Shown here piece by piece: positions 29,346-37,988 of a stretch of 37,988 bases of DNA. How positions within the stretch are numbered: the stretch's first letter is position 1; every line of letters begins with the position of its first letter. The stretch is from assembly GCA_903887655.1 (NCBI GenBank), contig CAISQQ010000148.1, positions 1 to 37,988 of the forward strand. Direction: 5' to 3'. Under the pieces are notes generated by a model. That model worked only from the letters and a program-made list of their open reading frames with translations, did no database searches and was not told the origin of the DNA. This DNA is from an uncultured Burkholderiales bacterium. Its GTDB lineage: Bacteria; Pseudomonadota; Gammaproteobacteria; Burkholderiales; Burkholderiaceae_C. The position numbers were made by a program, and so were the translations under genes.

Positions 29346-30506
29346 ATGCCTGTGATCACCAACATTGAAGACCTTCGGGTCTTGGCCCAACGTCGCGTGC
29401 CGCGGATGTTTTACGACTATGCCGATTCGGGCTCTTGGACTGAGAGCACCTACCGGGCCAACGAAAGCGACTTCAACGCCATCCAATTTCGCCAACGCGT
29501 GGCCGTCAACATTGCCAAACGCTCCACCGACAGCCACATGCTGGGCCAGCCCGTGAGCATGCCCGTGGCGATTGCACCCACCGGGTTGACCGGCATGCAG
29601 CACGCCAATGGGGAGATTTTGGCGGCCAAAAGCGCCAAGCGTTTTGGCATCCCGTTCACCCTCTCGACCATGAGCATTTGCTCCATCGAAGACGTGGCCC
29701 AAGAAACCCAGGGGCACCCCTTTTGGTTTCAACTCTACATGATGAAAGACCGCGCCTTCATTGCCGATTTGATAGAACGCGCCAAAGCCGCACGCTGCTC
29801 GGCCTTGGTGCTCACCTTGGACTTGCAAATCTTAGGTCAACGCCACAAAGACATTAAAAATGGTTTGAGCGCCCCGCCTAAGCTCACGTTGACCAATCTC
29901 TTGAATCTCATGACCAAGCCCCGATGGTGTCTTGGCATGCTCGGGACCCACCGGCGTCAATTTGGCAACATTGTGGGACACGTCAAGGGGGTGTCGGACA
30001 TGGGCTCCTTGGCCTCTTGGACGGCGCAGCAATTTGATCCCGCCCTCAATTGGGACGATGTGCAGTGGGTCAAAGAGCGCTGGGGTGGCCCTTTGATTTT
30101 GAAAGGCATACTGGACGCCGAGGATGCTCGGCACGCCGTAGAGAGCGGCGCCAACGCGCTCATTGTCTCCAATCACGGCGGACGCCAACTCGATGGGGCG
30201 GAGTCCAGCATTCGCGCCTTGCCCAAAATTGTCCAAGCCGTGGGGGGAGAGATTGAGGTACACATGGACGGCGGCATTCGTTCAGGCCAAGATGTGCTCA
30301 AAGCACTGGCCTTGGGCGCCAAGGGCACCTACATTGGGCGCTCCATGCTCTACGGCCTGGGCGCCATGGGCGAGCAAGGGGTCACCAAAGCACTCGAGAT
30401 CATCCACAATGAACTCGATTTGAGCATGGCGTTTTGTGGTCGCACCAGCGTCAGCGCTATCGATCAATCGGTGATCTTGCCGGGCAGCTTCTCGCCGTGG
30501 ATTTGA
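29346..30506 (+). CDS. lldD: FMN-dependent alpha-hydroxy-acid dehydrogenase (L-lactate dehydrogenase-like)
   Basis: FYDY, APTG, WFQLY, SNHGGRQLD, DGGIRSG; start at ATG 29346. Confidence 0.9.
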   Translation: MPVITNIEDLRVLAQRRVPRMFYDYADSGSWTESTYRANESDFNAIQFRQRVAVNIAKRSTDSHMLGQPVSMPVAIAPTGLTGMQHANGEILAAKSAKRFGIPFTLSTMSICSIEDVAQETQGHPFWFQLYMMKDRAFIADLIERAKAARCSALVLTLDLQILGQRHKDIKNGLSAPPKLTLTNLLNLMTKPRWCLGMLGTHRRQFGNIVGHVKGVSDMGSLASWTAQQFDPALNWDDVQWVKERWGGPLILKGILDAEDARHAVESGANALIVSNHGGRQLDGAESSIRALPKIVQAVGGEIEVHMDGGIRSGQDVLKALALGAKGTYIGRSMLYGLGAMGEQGVTKALEIIHNELDLSMAFCGRTSVSAIDQSVILPGSFSPWI

Positions 30507-30596
30507 ATTCACTGGATTTATCCACGCCGACATGCAAGTAGACACCAGCGCTAGGCCCCACCTTGAGAAGCGGGATCTTTAAAGCCGTCGACCCCC

Positions 30597-32351
30597 ATGA
30601 GTGAAGAAATCAGTCCCCAACCCGACGGCATGGTGACAGCCAGCTTGGATGTGGTGTTTGGCTTTCCAGATCTCACGCTTGCCCAACCGACGACGCCGCC
30701 AGCGTCTCAAAGCGAGCACCCAGCACCCAGCCCACTCGCGCCAGCACTTGGTCTTGAGACGTCTAAGAGTCCCGTGACGAGCTCGCCTTCAAGCGCGGGC
30801 CTCACCATGGCCACCAAAGTTCGCCGCATTGCGCACTTGGACATGGATGCCTTTTTCGCTTCTGTGGAGTTGCTGCGATACCCACAACTCAAGGGCTTGC
30901 CGGTGGTGATCGGTGGCTCGCGCGTCAAACCCAACACGCAAGACTTGCAAGCCCCCCCCACTGAGCTGAGCGCTTTGAGCGACCCCTCAATGCGCCAAGC
31001 CAGCACAGTCGATCGCAAACCAGAGGGCGATCAGCGGCTCACCGGGGCTCTTATGGGAGGGCTCCAAGCTCATCACCATGAAACACATCTTGAAAATCAG
31101 CTCGATCCACACGCGATATGGAGCCTGGAGTTGGCCAGTGAATGGAGCACAGCATTCGCCGATGAATTCGAGCCCGTCGAGCGCCCACTTGAAGAGAGCG
31201 AGTCTATCGAAGGCGAGCCTTTACCCCCCCAGCGCATCAGCACCAGCCCTTGGGACGCGAGCACCCCCGTCGAGGACTTCCCCAGGCTCTCGAGCTACAA
31301 AGGGCGCGGTGTCATCACCACCGCCACCTATGCCGCCAGGGCATTTGGGGTGGGCTCGGCCATGGGCATGATGAAAGCCGCGCAATTGTGTCCACAAGCC
31401 ATTGTGTTGCCCATGGACTTTGAGCAATACCGTCACTACTCAACGCGCTTCAAAGCCATCGCCCAAGAGATTTGTCCCCTCATGGAAAACCGCGGGGTCG
31501 ATGAGATTTACCTCGATTTGACCGACGTTCCAGGCGGTCAACGCGAGGGTGGCCGAGTGATCGCGCGTCTGATTCAAAAAACCATTTTCCAAGCCACCGG
31601 GTTGACGTGCTCCATTGGCGTGGCGCCGAACAAATTGCTGGCCAAATTGGCCAGTGAATTCAACAAACCCAACGGCATCTCGATCGTGAGCGAGGAGCAA
31701 GTGCGAGAGGTGCTCGCGCCACTGCCTTGTCAAAAACTCAATGGCATTGGCCCCAAGGCGAGTGAACGCCTGAACCTGTTGGGGATTCAAACCTTGGGGG
31801 ACTTGGCGCGTGAGCCGCTGGACCGGCTGATGGGCGAATTTGGTAAAAAATACGGTGAGTGGCTCTACCGAAGTGCCCGAGGCATCGACGATTCGCCCAT
31901 TGAGCCGCACAGCGAGCCCGTCTCCATCAGCAAAGAAACCACGTTCTCCAAAGACTTGCATGTGGTGCAGGACAAGGCGGAGTTGGGCGAGATCTTGACT
32001 CGCTTGTGTGAGCAGTTAAGCGGGGCGCTCATCAAGCAATCCTTGGCCACCAAAACCATTGGTGTGAAAGTGAAGTTTGACAATTTCAAGACGCTCACCC
32101 GTGACCTCACCGTGCAAGAGCCCTTGCAAGACGCCAAAGCCATCCGCCGTGCCGCCTCCTTGGCCTTAAAGCGGGTGAACTTTGATCACAAATTGCGACT
32201 CCTGGGCGTGCGCGCCAGCGCCCTGAGTCAACTCGCCACCGAAGCGACTGGGCCCAGCCAAGAGGGAGCTGGACAGGCCAGTGATTCGCCCCCGAGGCCT
32301 CCCCCCCAAGACGGGCCGACTGCCCGCGATCAATTCAATTTATTTGACTAA
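30597..32351 (+). CDS. dinB: DNA polymerase IV (Y family) with large insertion; alternative start 30807
   Basis: HLDMDAFFASVE, TATYAAR, DExYLD, SIGVAPNKLLAK, KPNG, RLLGV, and C-terminal QFNLF clamp motif. Confidence 0.95.
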   Translation: MSEEISPQPDGMVTASLDVVFGFPDLTLAQPTTPPASQSEHPAPSPLAPALGLETSKSPVTSSPSSAGLTMATKVRRIAHLDMDAFFASVELLRYPQLKGLPVVIGGSRVKPNTQDLQAPPTELSALSDPSMRQASTVDRKPEGDQRLTGALMGGLQAHHHETHLENQLDPHAIWSLELASEWSTAFADEFEPVERPLEESESIEGEPLPPQRISTSPWDASTPVEDFPRLSSYKGRGVITTATYAARAFGVGSAMGMMKAAQLCPQAIVLPMDFEQYRHYSTRFKAIAQEICPLMENRGVDEIYLDLTDVPGGQREGGRVIARLIQKTIFQATGLTCSIGVAPNKLLAKLASEFNKPNGISIVSEEQVREVLAPLPCQKLNGIGPKASERLNLLGIQTLGDLAREPLDRLMGEFGKKYGEWLYRSARGIDDSPIEPHSEPVSISKETTFSKDLHVVQDKAELGEILTRLCEQLSGALIKQSLATKTIGVKVKFDNFKTLTRDLTVQEPLQDAKAIRRAASLALKRVNFDHKLRLLGVRASALSQLATEATGPSQEGAGQASDSPPRPPPQDGPTARDQFNLFD

Positions 32352-32373
32352 ATTTTGCTGACTCTCAGAACAA

Positions 32374-33825
32374 TCAAAGTTCGGTGTGCCAGCGAAATGC
32401 CAAGACATCGATGGGGCCGCGAGCCGCGTTGTAAGCCGGGTTTTGGATGTGTTGGTAATCCAAGGTGAAGCCCAGTGTTTTGGAAATTCCCCAGTTGTAA
32501 AAACCTTCCAGGATGTTTTCTGTCTGGTATTTGAGCGCCCCGTCGCCGATGAAAAAAGAAATTCCCCCGGCATTCAAGTAAGCTTTGCGCTCAGCAGAAA
32601 GCCCATTGATCATGAGCGACACACCGATGTGGTCTTGGGCACGTCCCCATGCGCTGCCTGAGTTCACCAAGCCCGTGGAGAGGGATTTGTCGACTTCGGT
32701 GAAGGCATAAGTCTCGGTTTTGCCATCGGTGGCCATCACGCGAAGGAAGTAACCCCAATTCCATGGCAGCGCTTGCTCCACATTCAGGCCCACGCCGGTT
32801 TTGTTTTTCTCTGTGCCACGGACATTGAAAATGGTCTCGGCAGCGACACCAGGGTGGGACTGCAAATAGGCCGTTGCATCTGTAAAGCTGGCCAAAATGG
32901 CCCGGTCATGCCAAGCCAATAGTCGAACGCGTCCGGCCTTGCCCCACCATTGGTGCGCATGCTCGAGTTCAATTTGATCTCCATAGTGATGGAGCACATT
33001 GAAGTCCACAGGCAATCCATTGGGCACTTTGGGACCGGTCATGCGAGCGGCCCTGAGCGCCCAATCGCCTTGGTACCACTCCACTGCAGCGCCCCAGCCA
33101 TACCCCCTGGCATCGGCAGCGTAATCATAGGCAGCGTAGGTCCAATTGCCCCAATTCATGAATTGAGTGCGGGGATCTTTGGCGTAGGCATTGTCGTCAA
33201 AGACATCCAAGGTTGAAAAGTTGCCCACGGTGAGCACCCAACGGTTTTTATCTTGCCAACCCGCCATTTGGTTAAAGTCCGCCTCCACCTGCTCTTGGCC
33301 GCCGCCTTGGCCCCAGGTTTGACGAAGGAATAAACGCTGGACATAGGGCAAGGGTCGAGTGCCCGATGCACGGGTGATTTCGCCGTTGGTAAACCCTCCC
33401 AGACCCACCAAGTTGCCTGAAAACGGCACGCCTGCGACCACCTCTGGATTGAAATACAATTCGCCCCCGTCCCACACGCGTTGGCCCCAATGGGCGGTGG
33501 CGGAGAAAGTGAACATGTTGTCTGCGCCGGCTTGAACGCTATTGGGCCCCGAATACTGGGCGTTAAAGCGGCGATGCATCTGCCAGTTGTAGGTGCTTTG
33601 GTATTTGGCCGAGAAGTCTTCGCGCTGCCATTGACCCGCGCTCAGGAGGTCATTGACCCGATCACAGCAAGGCGTCTCGGATGAAGACGAGGCGCTCTCC
33701 GAAGAGGGCCCTGTCGTTTGCGCCCCAACTGGTGACACACTCCCAATGATAAGCATCCCTGCGAGAAAGCGCAAAACCCATGGCCAGCGCTTCAAGAGTT
33801 GGAGGGTCAGGGTGTGTGGTGTCAT
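32374..33825 (-). CDS. Outer-membrane beta-barrel porin, OprB-like 'carbohydrate porin'/MnoP (Mn2+ porin)-like family
   Basis: Signal peptide; ELYFNPE, GFTNGE, RLFLRQT, FDDNAYAKDPRTQFMNW, DYAADARGY and NPAYN..RGP motifs that I associate with the MnoP-like family. Confidence 0.8.
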   Translation of the reverse strand: MTPHTLTLQLLKRWPWVLRFLAGMLIIGSVSPVGAQTTGPSSESASSSSETPCCDRVNDLLSAGQWQREDFSAKYQSTYNWQMHRRFNAQYSGPNSVQAGADNMFTFSATAHWGQRVWDGGELYFNPEVVAGVPFSGNLVGLGGFTNGEITRASGTRPLPYVQRLFLRQTWGQGGGQEQVEADFNQMAGWQDKNRWVLTVGNFSTLDVFDDNAYAKDPRTQFMNWGNWTYAAYDYAADARGYGWGAAVEWYQGDWALRAARMTGPKVPNGLPVDFNVLHHYGDQIELEHAHQWWGKAGRVRLLAWHDRAILASFTDATAYLQSHPGVAAETIFNVRGTEKNKTGVGLNVEQALPWNWGYFLRVMATDGKTETYAFTEVDKSLSTGLVNSGSAWGRAQDHIGVSLMINGLSAERKAYLNAGGISFFIGDGALKYQTENILEGFYNWGISKTLGFTLDYQHIQNPAYNAARGPIDVLAFRWHTEL

Positions 33826-33937
33826 GCGAGGGTTATTTTATGCCTTAAATAAAAGCGCTCCAGTCTCAACCCCGACCGCATGCGCTTGAACCCAGGGCAG
33901 GGGTATGATCGAAAGAGCCTCCATCAAACCATCGATC

Positions 33938-33950
33938 AATCAACTCTTTG
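33938..33950. promoter_or_regulatory. IHF consensus site
   Basis: AATCAACTCTTTG matches WATCAANNNNTTR, in the porin/yggU divergent region. Confidence 0.4.
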
Positions 33951-34041
33951 AGCTCTGAGCCCCTTGAAGAGAAAAAACTTCAAACAGTTTCAATCCAAGG
34001 CTGCGCACAGCTGAGAAAAACTGAAAACAAGACCTCCCCAC

Positions 34042-34431
34042 ATGAGTCAATGCCGGCATTTGCAACACGCGTTTTACGAATGGGACGAGACCACTCTGAT
34101 CCTCAATGTGTTGGGCACACCGGCTGCCAAAAAGACCGCCGTGGGTCAACCGCTCGCGCATCAACTCAAAATCAGCGTCACGGCCAGCCCCGTCAACGGT
34201 GCGGCGACCGATTTCATGGTGGCTTATTTATCGGGTGTTTTTGGCGTGAGGATCAAAGACATTGAGGTGGTGTTTGGCCGAACGAGCATCCACAAACAAC
34301 TCAGAATTCACAATCCCCAACAACTCCCAGCCATGATTGCCTGGCCAAGCCCTGCCCCGACACCTGCACCCCAGCGGCTCGAGCCTGAAGCCAAGCCAGG
34401 GCAGAAGCGGCGGCGCCGCAGACCCCAGTGA
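34042..34431 (+). CDS. DUF167/YggU (UPF0235) family protein
   Basis: LKISVTASPVNGAA...GRTSIHK pattern; Pro/Arg-rich tail. Confidence 0.85.
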   Translation: MSQCRHLQHAFYEWDETTLILNVLGTPAAKKTAVGQPLAHQLKISVTASPVNGAATDFMVAYLSGVFGVRIKDIEVVFGRTSIHKQLRIHNPQQLPAMIAWPSPAPTPAPQRLEPEAKPGQKRRRRRPQ

Positions 34432-34474
34432 TTGAGGGGGCTCAAGGCAAGCCAGGGGCAGGCCTGGCAGCGGG

Positions 34475-35191
34475 TCAGTCCAGGCGCTCATTGAACGCTT
34501 GCACACCCTCTTCTTGCCAAACGGGCCACTTTTGCATGATGTGTAAGAAATCCTTTGAGCCCTCAAATGCACTCAACCAGCGGCACAACTGCGGCCAAGC
34601 TTGCGCTTCGAACCAAGCCGGGTCGGTGTGTGCAAATTGACGCACAAAAGGGGCGATGGCCGCATCCACCATGCCCCACTGCGCGCCGGACAAAAACGCT
34701 TGGTCTTGTAACAAAGCTTCTAAGGCAAGAAGGGTCTGCGCGGCTTGGTCGCGGTGCTCAAGGCCATCCATCAACCCAAAACGAGATGGGTACTTGTAGC
34801 GATCCAAGTGCTGCTTGAACACACGATCGTTTTGTTCAATGAGGGCCCAACCGGGGCTTTGTGGGGATGCAAGGGATACCAACCAAGACTGCGGATCACG
34901 CTGCGACAAGCACCAGTGCATGATCGACAAGCTCTCATCGATGACAGCAGTCTGTGCGCGGGTTTTGATCCACAACACAGGAACCGTCCCTTTGGGGGAG
35001 AGATCGAGCATGTGCTGCGGTTTACGACGGAGTTGAATTTCCCGCGTTTCGTAGGCCAATCCACTCGACCTCAAGGCCAAGCGTGCTCGCATGGCGTAGG
35101 GGCAACGGCGAAAGGTGTAGAGCACCAAGTCGTGCTCCGCCACGGGGGTTTTATCCCTGGCCAAACCCGCGTTTAAATCAACAGGATCCAT
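34475..35191 (-). CDS. Glutathione S-transferase family protein
   Basis: YTFRRCPYAMRAR, SPKGTVPVL, ESL, FKxHLDRYKY, PFVRQF; start at ATG 35191. Confidence 0.93.
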   Translation of the reverse strand: MDPVDLNAGLARDKTPVAEHDLVLYTFRRCPYAMRARLALRSSGLAYETREIQLRRKPQHMLDLSPKGTVPVLWIKTRAQTAVIDESLSIMHWCLSQRDPQSWLVSLASPQSPGWALIEQNDRVFKQHLDRYKYPSRFGLMDGLEHRDQAAQTLLALEALLQDQAFLSGAQWGMVDAAIAPFVRQFAHTDPAWFEAQAWPQLCRWLSAFEGSKDFLHIMQKWPVWQEEGVQAFNERLD

Positions 35192-35228
35192 GCAGATCTT
35201 CACTTGCACAGGGTGGAGAGCTGCGCTC

Positions 35229-36137
35229 TTATTGACGGGCCAAACGCACTTGCAAAGGCAGTCGCTCGGGGTGACTGGTGCGAAACGGATTGATATCCAA
35301 TCCACCACGGCGGGTGTAGCGAGCATACACACTCAAACGCGTGGGACGGCAACGCGTCCAAATGTCCATGAAAATGCGCTCTACACATTGCTCATGAAAT
35401 TCGTTGTGATCTCTAAAACTCACGAGATAGCCGAGTAAACCCTCTTGGTCAATCGCGTCACCCGAGTACTGAATTTGCACACTGCCCCAATCGGGTTGAC
35501 CCGTGACCAAGCAGTTGCTTTTGAGCAAATTCGAACGCAGCGTCTCAGTCACTGGGGGCAGACCTGTCGCCACTTTCAAGAGTTCGGGCCGGGGTTGGTA
35601 ATGAACACACTCAATATCCAATCGGTCCAAGTCCAAGCCCTCAAAATCAGCGATCCTCTCCATTTCAAAACGCTCGGGGCCAATGAGCTCTGCACCCAAT
35701 GCGAGGGTGTGCGAGGCTTGTGTCTTGACGGCTCGGGCAGTTGGCGTTGAATCCGTAGAGAGGCTTGGCTCTTGGAGAGGCCTCATGAGAGCGAGCGACA
35801 TGTCATTTTTGATGCAGGCCAACACCTCAGCCTCACTGTCAAAGACGGTCTGACTAAAGCTGTTGAAATACAACTTCATGGACTTACTCTCAATGATATT
35901 GGGACTATCGTGAGGCACCACCAATCGAGCCATGGCAATTTGAGGCTTGCCCTTGCGGTTGAGCCAACTCAACTCATAAGCATTCCAAATATCTGCGCCC
36001 ATGAAGGGCAAAGCGCCAGCGCTCAAACCCAATTCAGCGCGCTTATTCGCGCGTGCAATTGGGTAGAGCAACTCAGGGTCATAGTGATCGATGTAGGCGG
36101 TGGGTTTACCCAAAAGGGAGAGCTCTGGTGTGTTCAT
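35229..36137 (-). CDS. queF: NADPH-dependent 7-cyano-7-deazaguanine reductase (type II, bimodular)
   Basis: [37 protein letters not shown]. Confidence 0.98.
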   Translation of the reverse strand: MNTPELSLLGKPTAYIDHYDPELLYPIARANKRAELGLSAGALPFMGADIWNAYELSWLNRKGKPQIAMARLVVPHDSPNIIESKSMKLYFNSFSQTVFDSEAEVLACIKNDMSLALMRPLQEPSLSTDSTPTARAVKTQASHTLALGAELIGPERFEMERIADFEGLDLDRLDIECVHYQPRPELLKVATGLPPVTETLRSNLLKSNCLVTGQPDWGSVQIQYSGDAIDQEGLLGYLVSFRDHNEFHEQCVERIFMDIWTRCRPTRLSVYARYTRRGGLDINPFRTSHPERLPLQVRLARQ

Positions 36138-37033
36138 TGGAAAAATTCAATCAGTCTGGCCTGGACCAAGGGCACCAAACATTGGGGTAAATCGTGGGCC
36201 ATGTTTTTGATCTCCATCCACTGTGCGCCAGGAATTCTCTTGGCGGTGTCAATTCCACAGGCAATCGGCACCAATGGATCGGCCAAGCCATGAATCACCA
36301 ATGTCGGTGTTTTGATGGTGTGCAGCAAAGGCGCTCTGGCCGAATCAGACATCACCGCCGACATTTGTCGAATCACACCCCCAGGGTGGTAGCTGCGCTC
36401 AATGGCTTTGACCACCCGCTCACGCATGCTGTGCGGATCATCGCGAAACCCAGGGCTTGCCAACGCATCAAAGACGCCCAGCGCTTGAGTGACATAGGCG
36501 TCAAGCGTTTGCTCTTGGGGAGAAGCAAACATCCGCTCCAACAGTTCCGTTTCAGGACCCGGCAAATCCTTGGCACCACTCGAGCTCATGAGACTGACCA
36601 TGCTTCGCAGTCGCAGCGGTGAGTGAATGGCCATGCGCTGTGCAATCATCCCCCCCATGCTCATACCCAACACATGGGCTTGATCAACACCGCAAGCGTC
36701 CAGGACCGCAACAGCGTCCATGGCCATGTCCTCCAAAGAATAGAGTGGCTTCACCGGGAGACCCATTTTTTGCTTGAGGGATTCCCACATCAAGTTGGGA
36801 ACGCCCTCATGATCAAAGATGGTGGACAGTCCCACATCTCGGTTATCAAAAGTGATCACTTGAAAACCCGCCTGAGTCAATCCGTTGATCAAAGACTGTG
36901 GCCATGAAATGAGTTGCAGGCCAAGCCCCATGATCAATAAAATACTCGCTCGTGGCTCGACGCCCTCATTGCCCTCATGGCGAGCGGGATGGACCTCATA
37001 CTCAAGCCAAACTCCGTTGTTGTGTGCGCGCAT
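36134..37033 (-). CDS. Alpha/beta-fold hydrolase
   Basis: [20 protein letters not shown] nucleophile elbow, HGxxDPL, catalytic His (MAHD); overlaps the queF start (ATGA). Confidence 0.92.
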   Translation of the reverse strand: MRAHNNGVWLEYEVHPARHEGNEGVEPRASILLIMGLGLQLISWPQSLINGLTQAGFQVITFDNRDVGLSTIFDHEGVPNLMWESLKQKMGLPVKPLYSLEDMAMDAVAVLDACGVDQAHVLGMSMGGMIAQRMAIHSPLRLRSMVSLMSSSGAKDLPGPETELLERMFASPQEQTLDAYVTQALGVFDALASPGFRDDPHSMRERVVKAIERSYHPGGVIRQMSAVMSDSARAPLLHTIKTPTLVIHGLADPLVPIACGIDTAKRIPGAQWMEIKNMAHDLPQCLVPLVQARLIEFFQ

Positions 37034-37169
37034 AAAAAATTATCGTCTCCATGGATTGCAATGCTGTCGCACTGGCGCTGGCTTGAGTCGACTCCAGTCG
37101 GCTTCATGCCAAAGGGTGGCCTCTCAGGTACCGAGCCAGCACCCGCGTGAAGCACTCATCATACTGGGC

Positions 37170-37970
37170 TTAAGATGAACTCGAAGCGGCCTCGCTGCGT
37201 CTAAAAACGTAACGCTCTGAGCTGGAGGCCTTCACCGCAAAGCCATACCCTTGCAAGTCAAAACTCTTCAAGTCTTCTGGGCGTTTGATGCGGTGGGTGG
37301 CGGCAAAGCGCACCATGAGGCCACGTGCTTTTTTAGCGAAAAAACTGATGACTTTGAATTGTCCATTTTTTTCGTCTTCAAAGACGCATTCAATCAATTG
37401 CGCATTGAGCGTTTTGCGCTCTACCGACTTGAAATACTCTTGGGAGGCCAAATTGATCACCACTCTCGAAGACGCGGCATCAAGCCTGGCGTTGAGGTAT
37501 TGGGCGATTTGAGCGCCCCAAAACTCATACAAGTTGTGGCTCTTGGCCACCTTCAAAGCCGTTCCCATCTCCAATCGATAAGGCTGCAAAGCGTCCATGG
37601 GTTTCAACACCCCATACAAACCACTCAGAATCACCAAATGTGACTCAAGCCAAGTGAGGTCGGCTTTTTTAAGGCTCTTGACCGACAAGCCGTCGTAGAC
37701 ATCGCCATTGAAGGCAAAGATGCTGGGCCTTGAATTGTCCGGGGTGTAGACGGGCTTCCAATCCTTGAAGCGCTTGACATTGAGCTCGGCCAAGTTCGGG
37801 CTCAAGCTCATGAGAACCGACAAATCCGAAGCCGAGAGTTTCTTCAACTGCTTGACCAAGGTGGCCGATTGGTGGGCAAAAACTGGGGCCTGAGGCTCCA
37901 AGCCCTGAAACTCAGCGGGCAAGGGCGTGTCGTAGTCCAAGGTCTTGGCAGGAGACAACAAAAAAAGCAT
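37170..37970 (-). CDS. yaaA: Peroxide stress protein YaaA (UPF0246)
   Basis: LSPAKTL, GDVY, SGLYG, YRLEMG, NLASQEY, AKKARG. Confidence 0.97.
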   Translation of the reverse strand: MLFLLSPAKTLDYDTPLPAEFQGLEPQAPVFAHQSATLVKQLKKLSASDLSVLMSLSPNLAELNVKRFKDWKPVYTPDNSRPSIFAFNGDVYDGLSVKSLKKADLTWLESHLVILSGLYGVLKPMDALQPYRLEMGTALKVAKSHNLYEFWGAQIAQYLNARLDAASSRVVINLASQEYFKSVERKTLNAQLIECVFEDEKNGQFKVISFFAKKARGLMVRFAATHRIKRPEDLKSFDLQGYGFAVKASSSERYVFRRSEAASSSS

Positions 37971-37988
37971 GTTCGATATCAGTTCAAA

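Noticed and set aside
30496-30526. CTGGATTTATCCAC upstream of dinB as a LexA box
   Set aside because: It is two bases too short for CTG-N10-CAG and has a poor right half-site; it is part of a CGTGGAT/ATCCACG hairpin at the lldD end.
30918-31301. Intein in DinB
   Set aside because: No C-terminal His-Asn followed by Cys/Ser/Thr and no Hint block motifs.

Overview
This is a gene-dense core-chromosome segment from a betaproteobacterium; gene order and protein style suggest Comamonadaceae (Limnohabitans-like, an inference). From the left it carries era(5' part)-rnc-lepB-lepA, degP/mucD, the fatty-acid cluster yceD-rpmF-plsX-fabH-fabD-fabG-acpP-fabF, maf(yceF) plus a methyltransferase, sppA-Rieske-HAD-rluC, rne, hemC-hemD-hemX-hemY, an orphan ferredoxin reductase, argH, lldD, dinB, an MnoP-like porin, yggU, a GST, queF, an alpha/beta hydrolase and yaaA. 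I found no CRISPR, tRNA/rRNA, transposase, prophage or defence gene, and no clearly new multi-gene system. The unexplained structure is mostly non-coding. (1) An 11-bp-phased, oppositely oriented DnaA-box array with an AT-rich tract lies between degP and lepA. (2) An intrinsic terminator sits just upstream of lepA, apparently inside its leader. (3) rpoE-rseAB is absent and a sigma32-like promoter precedes degP. (4) A riboswitch-like leader precedes maf. (5) A 12-bp tandem repeat/G4 before sppA encodes a (WRPP)3 mini-ORF. In addition, DinB has a ~124-aa insertion, many housekeeping proteins carry low-complexity insertions, and CTCGAG appears to be in excess. All assignments were made by eye, without database searches.
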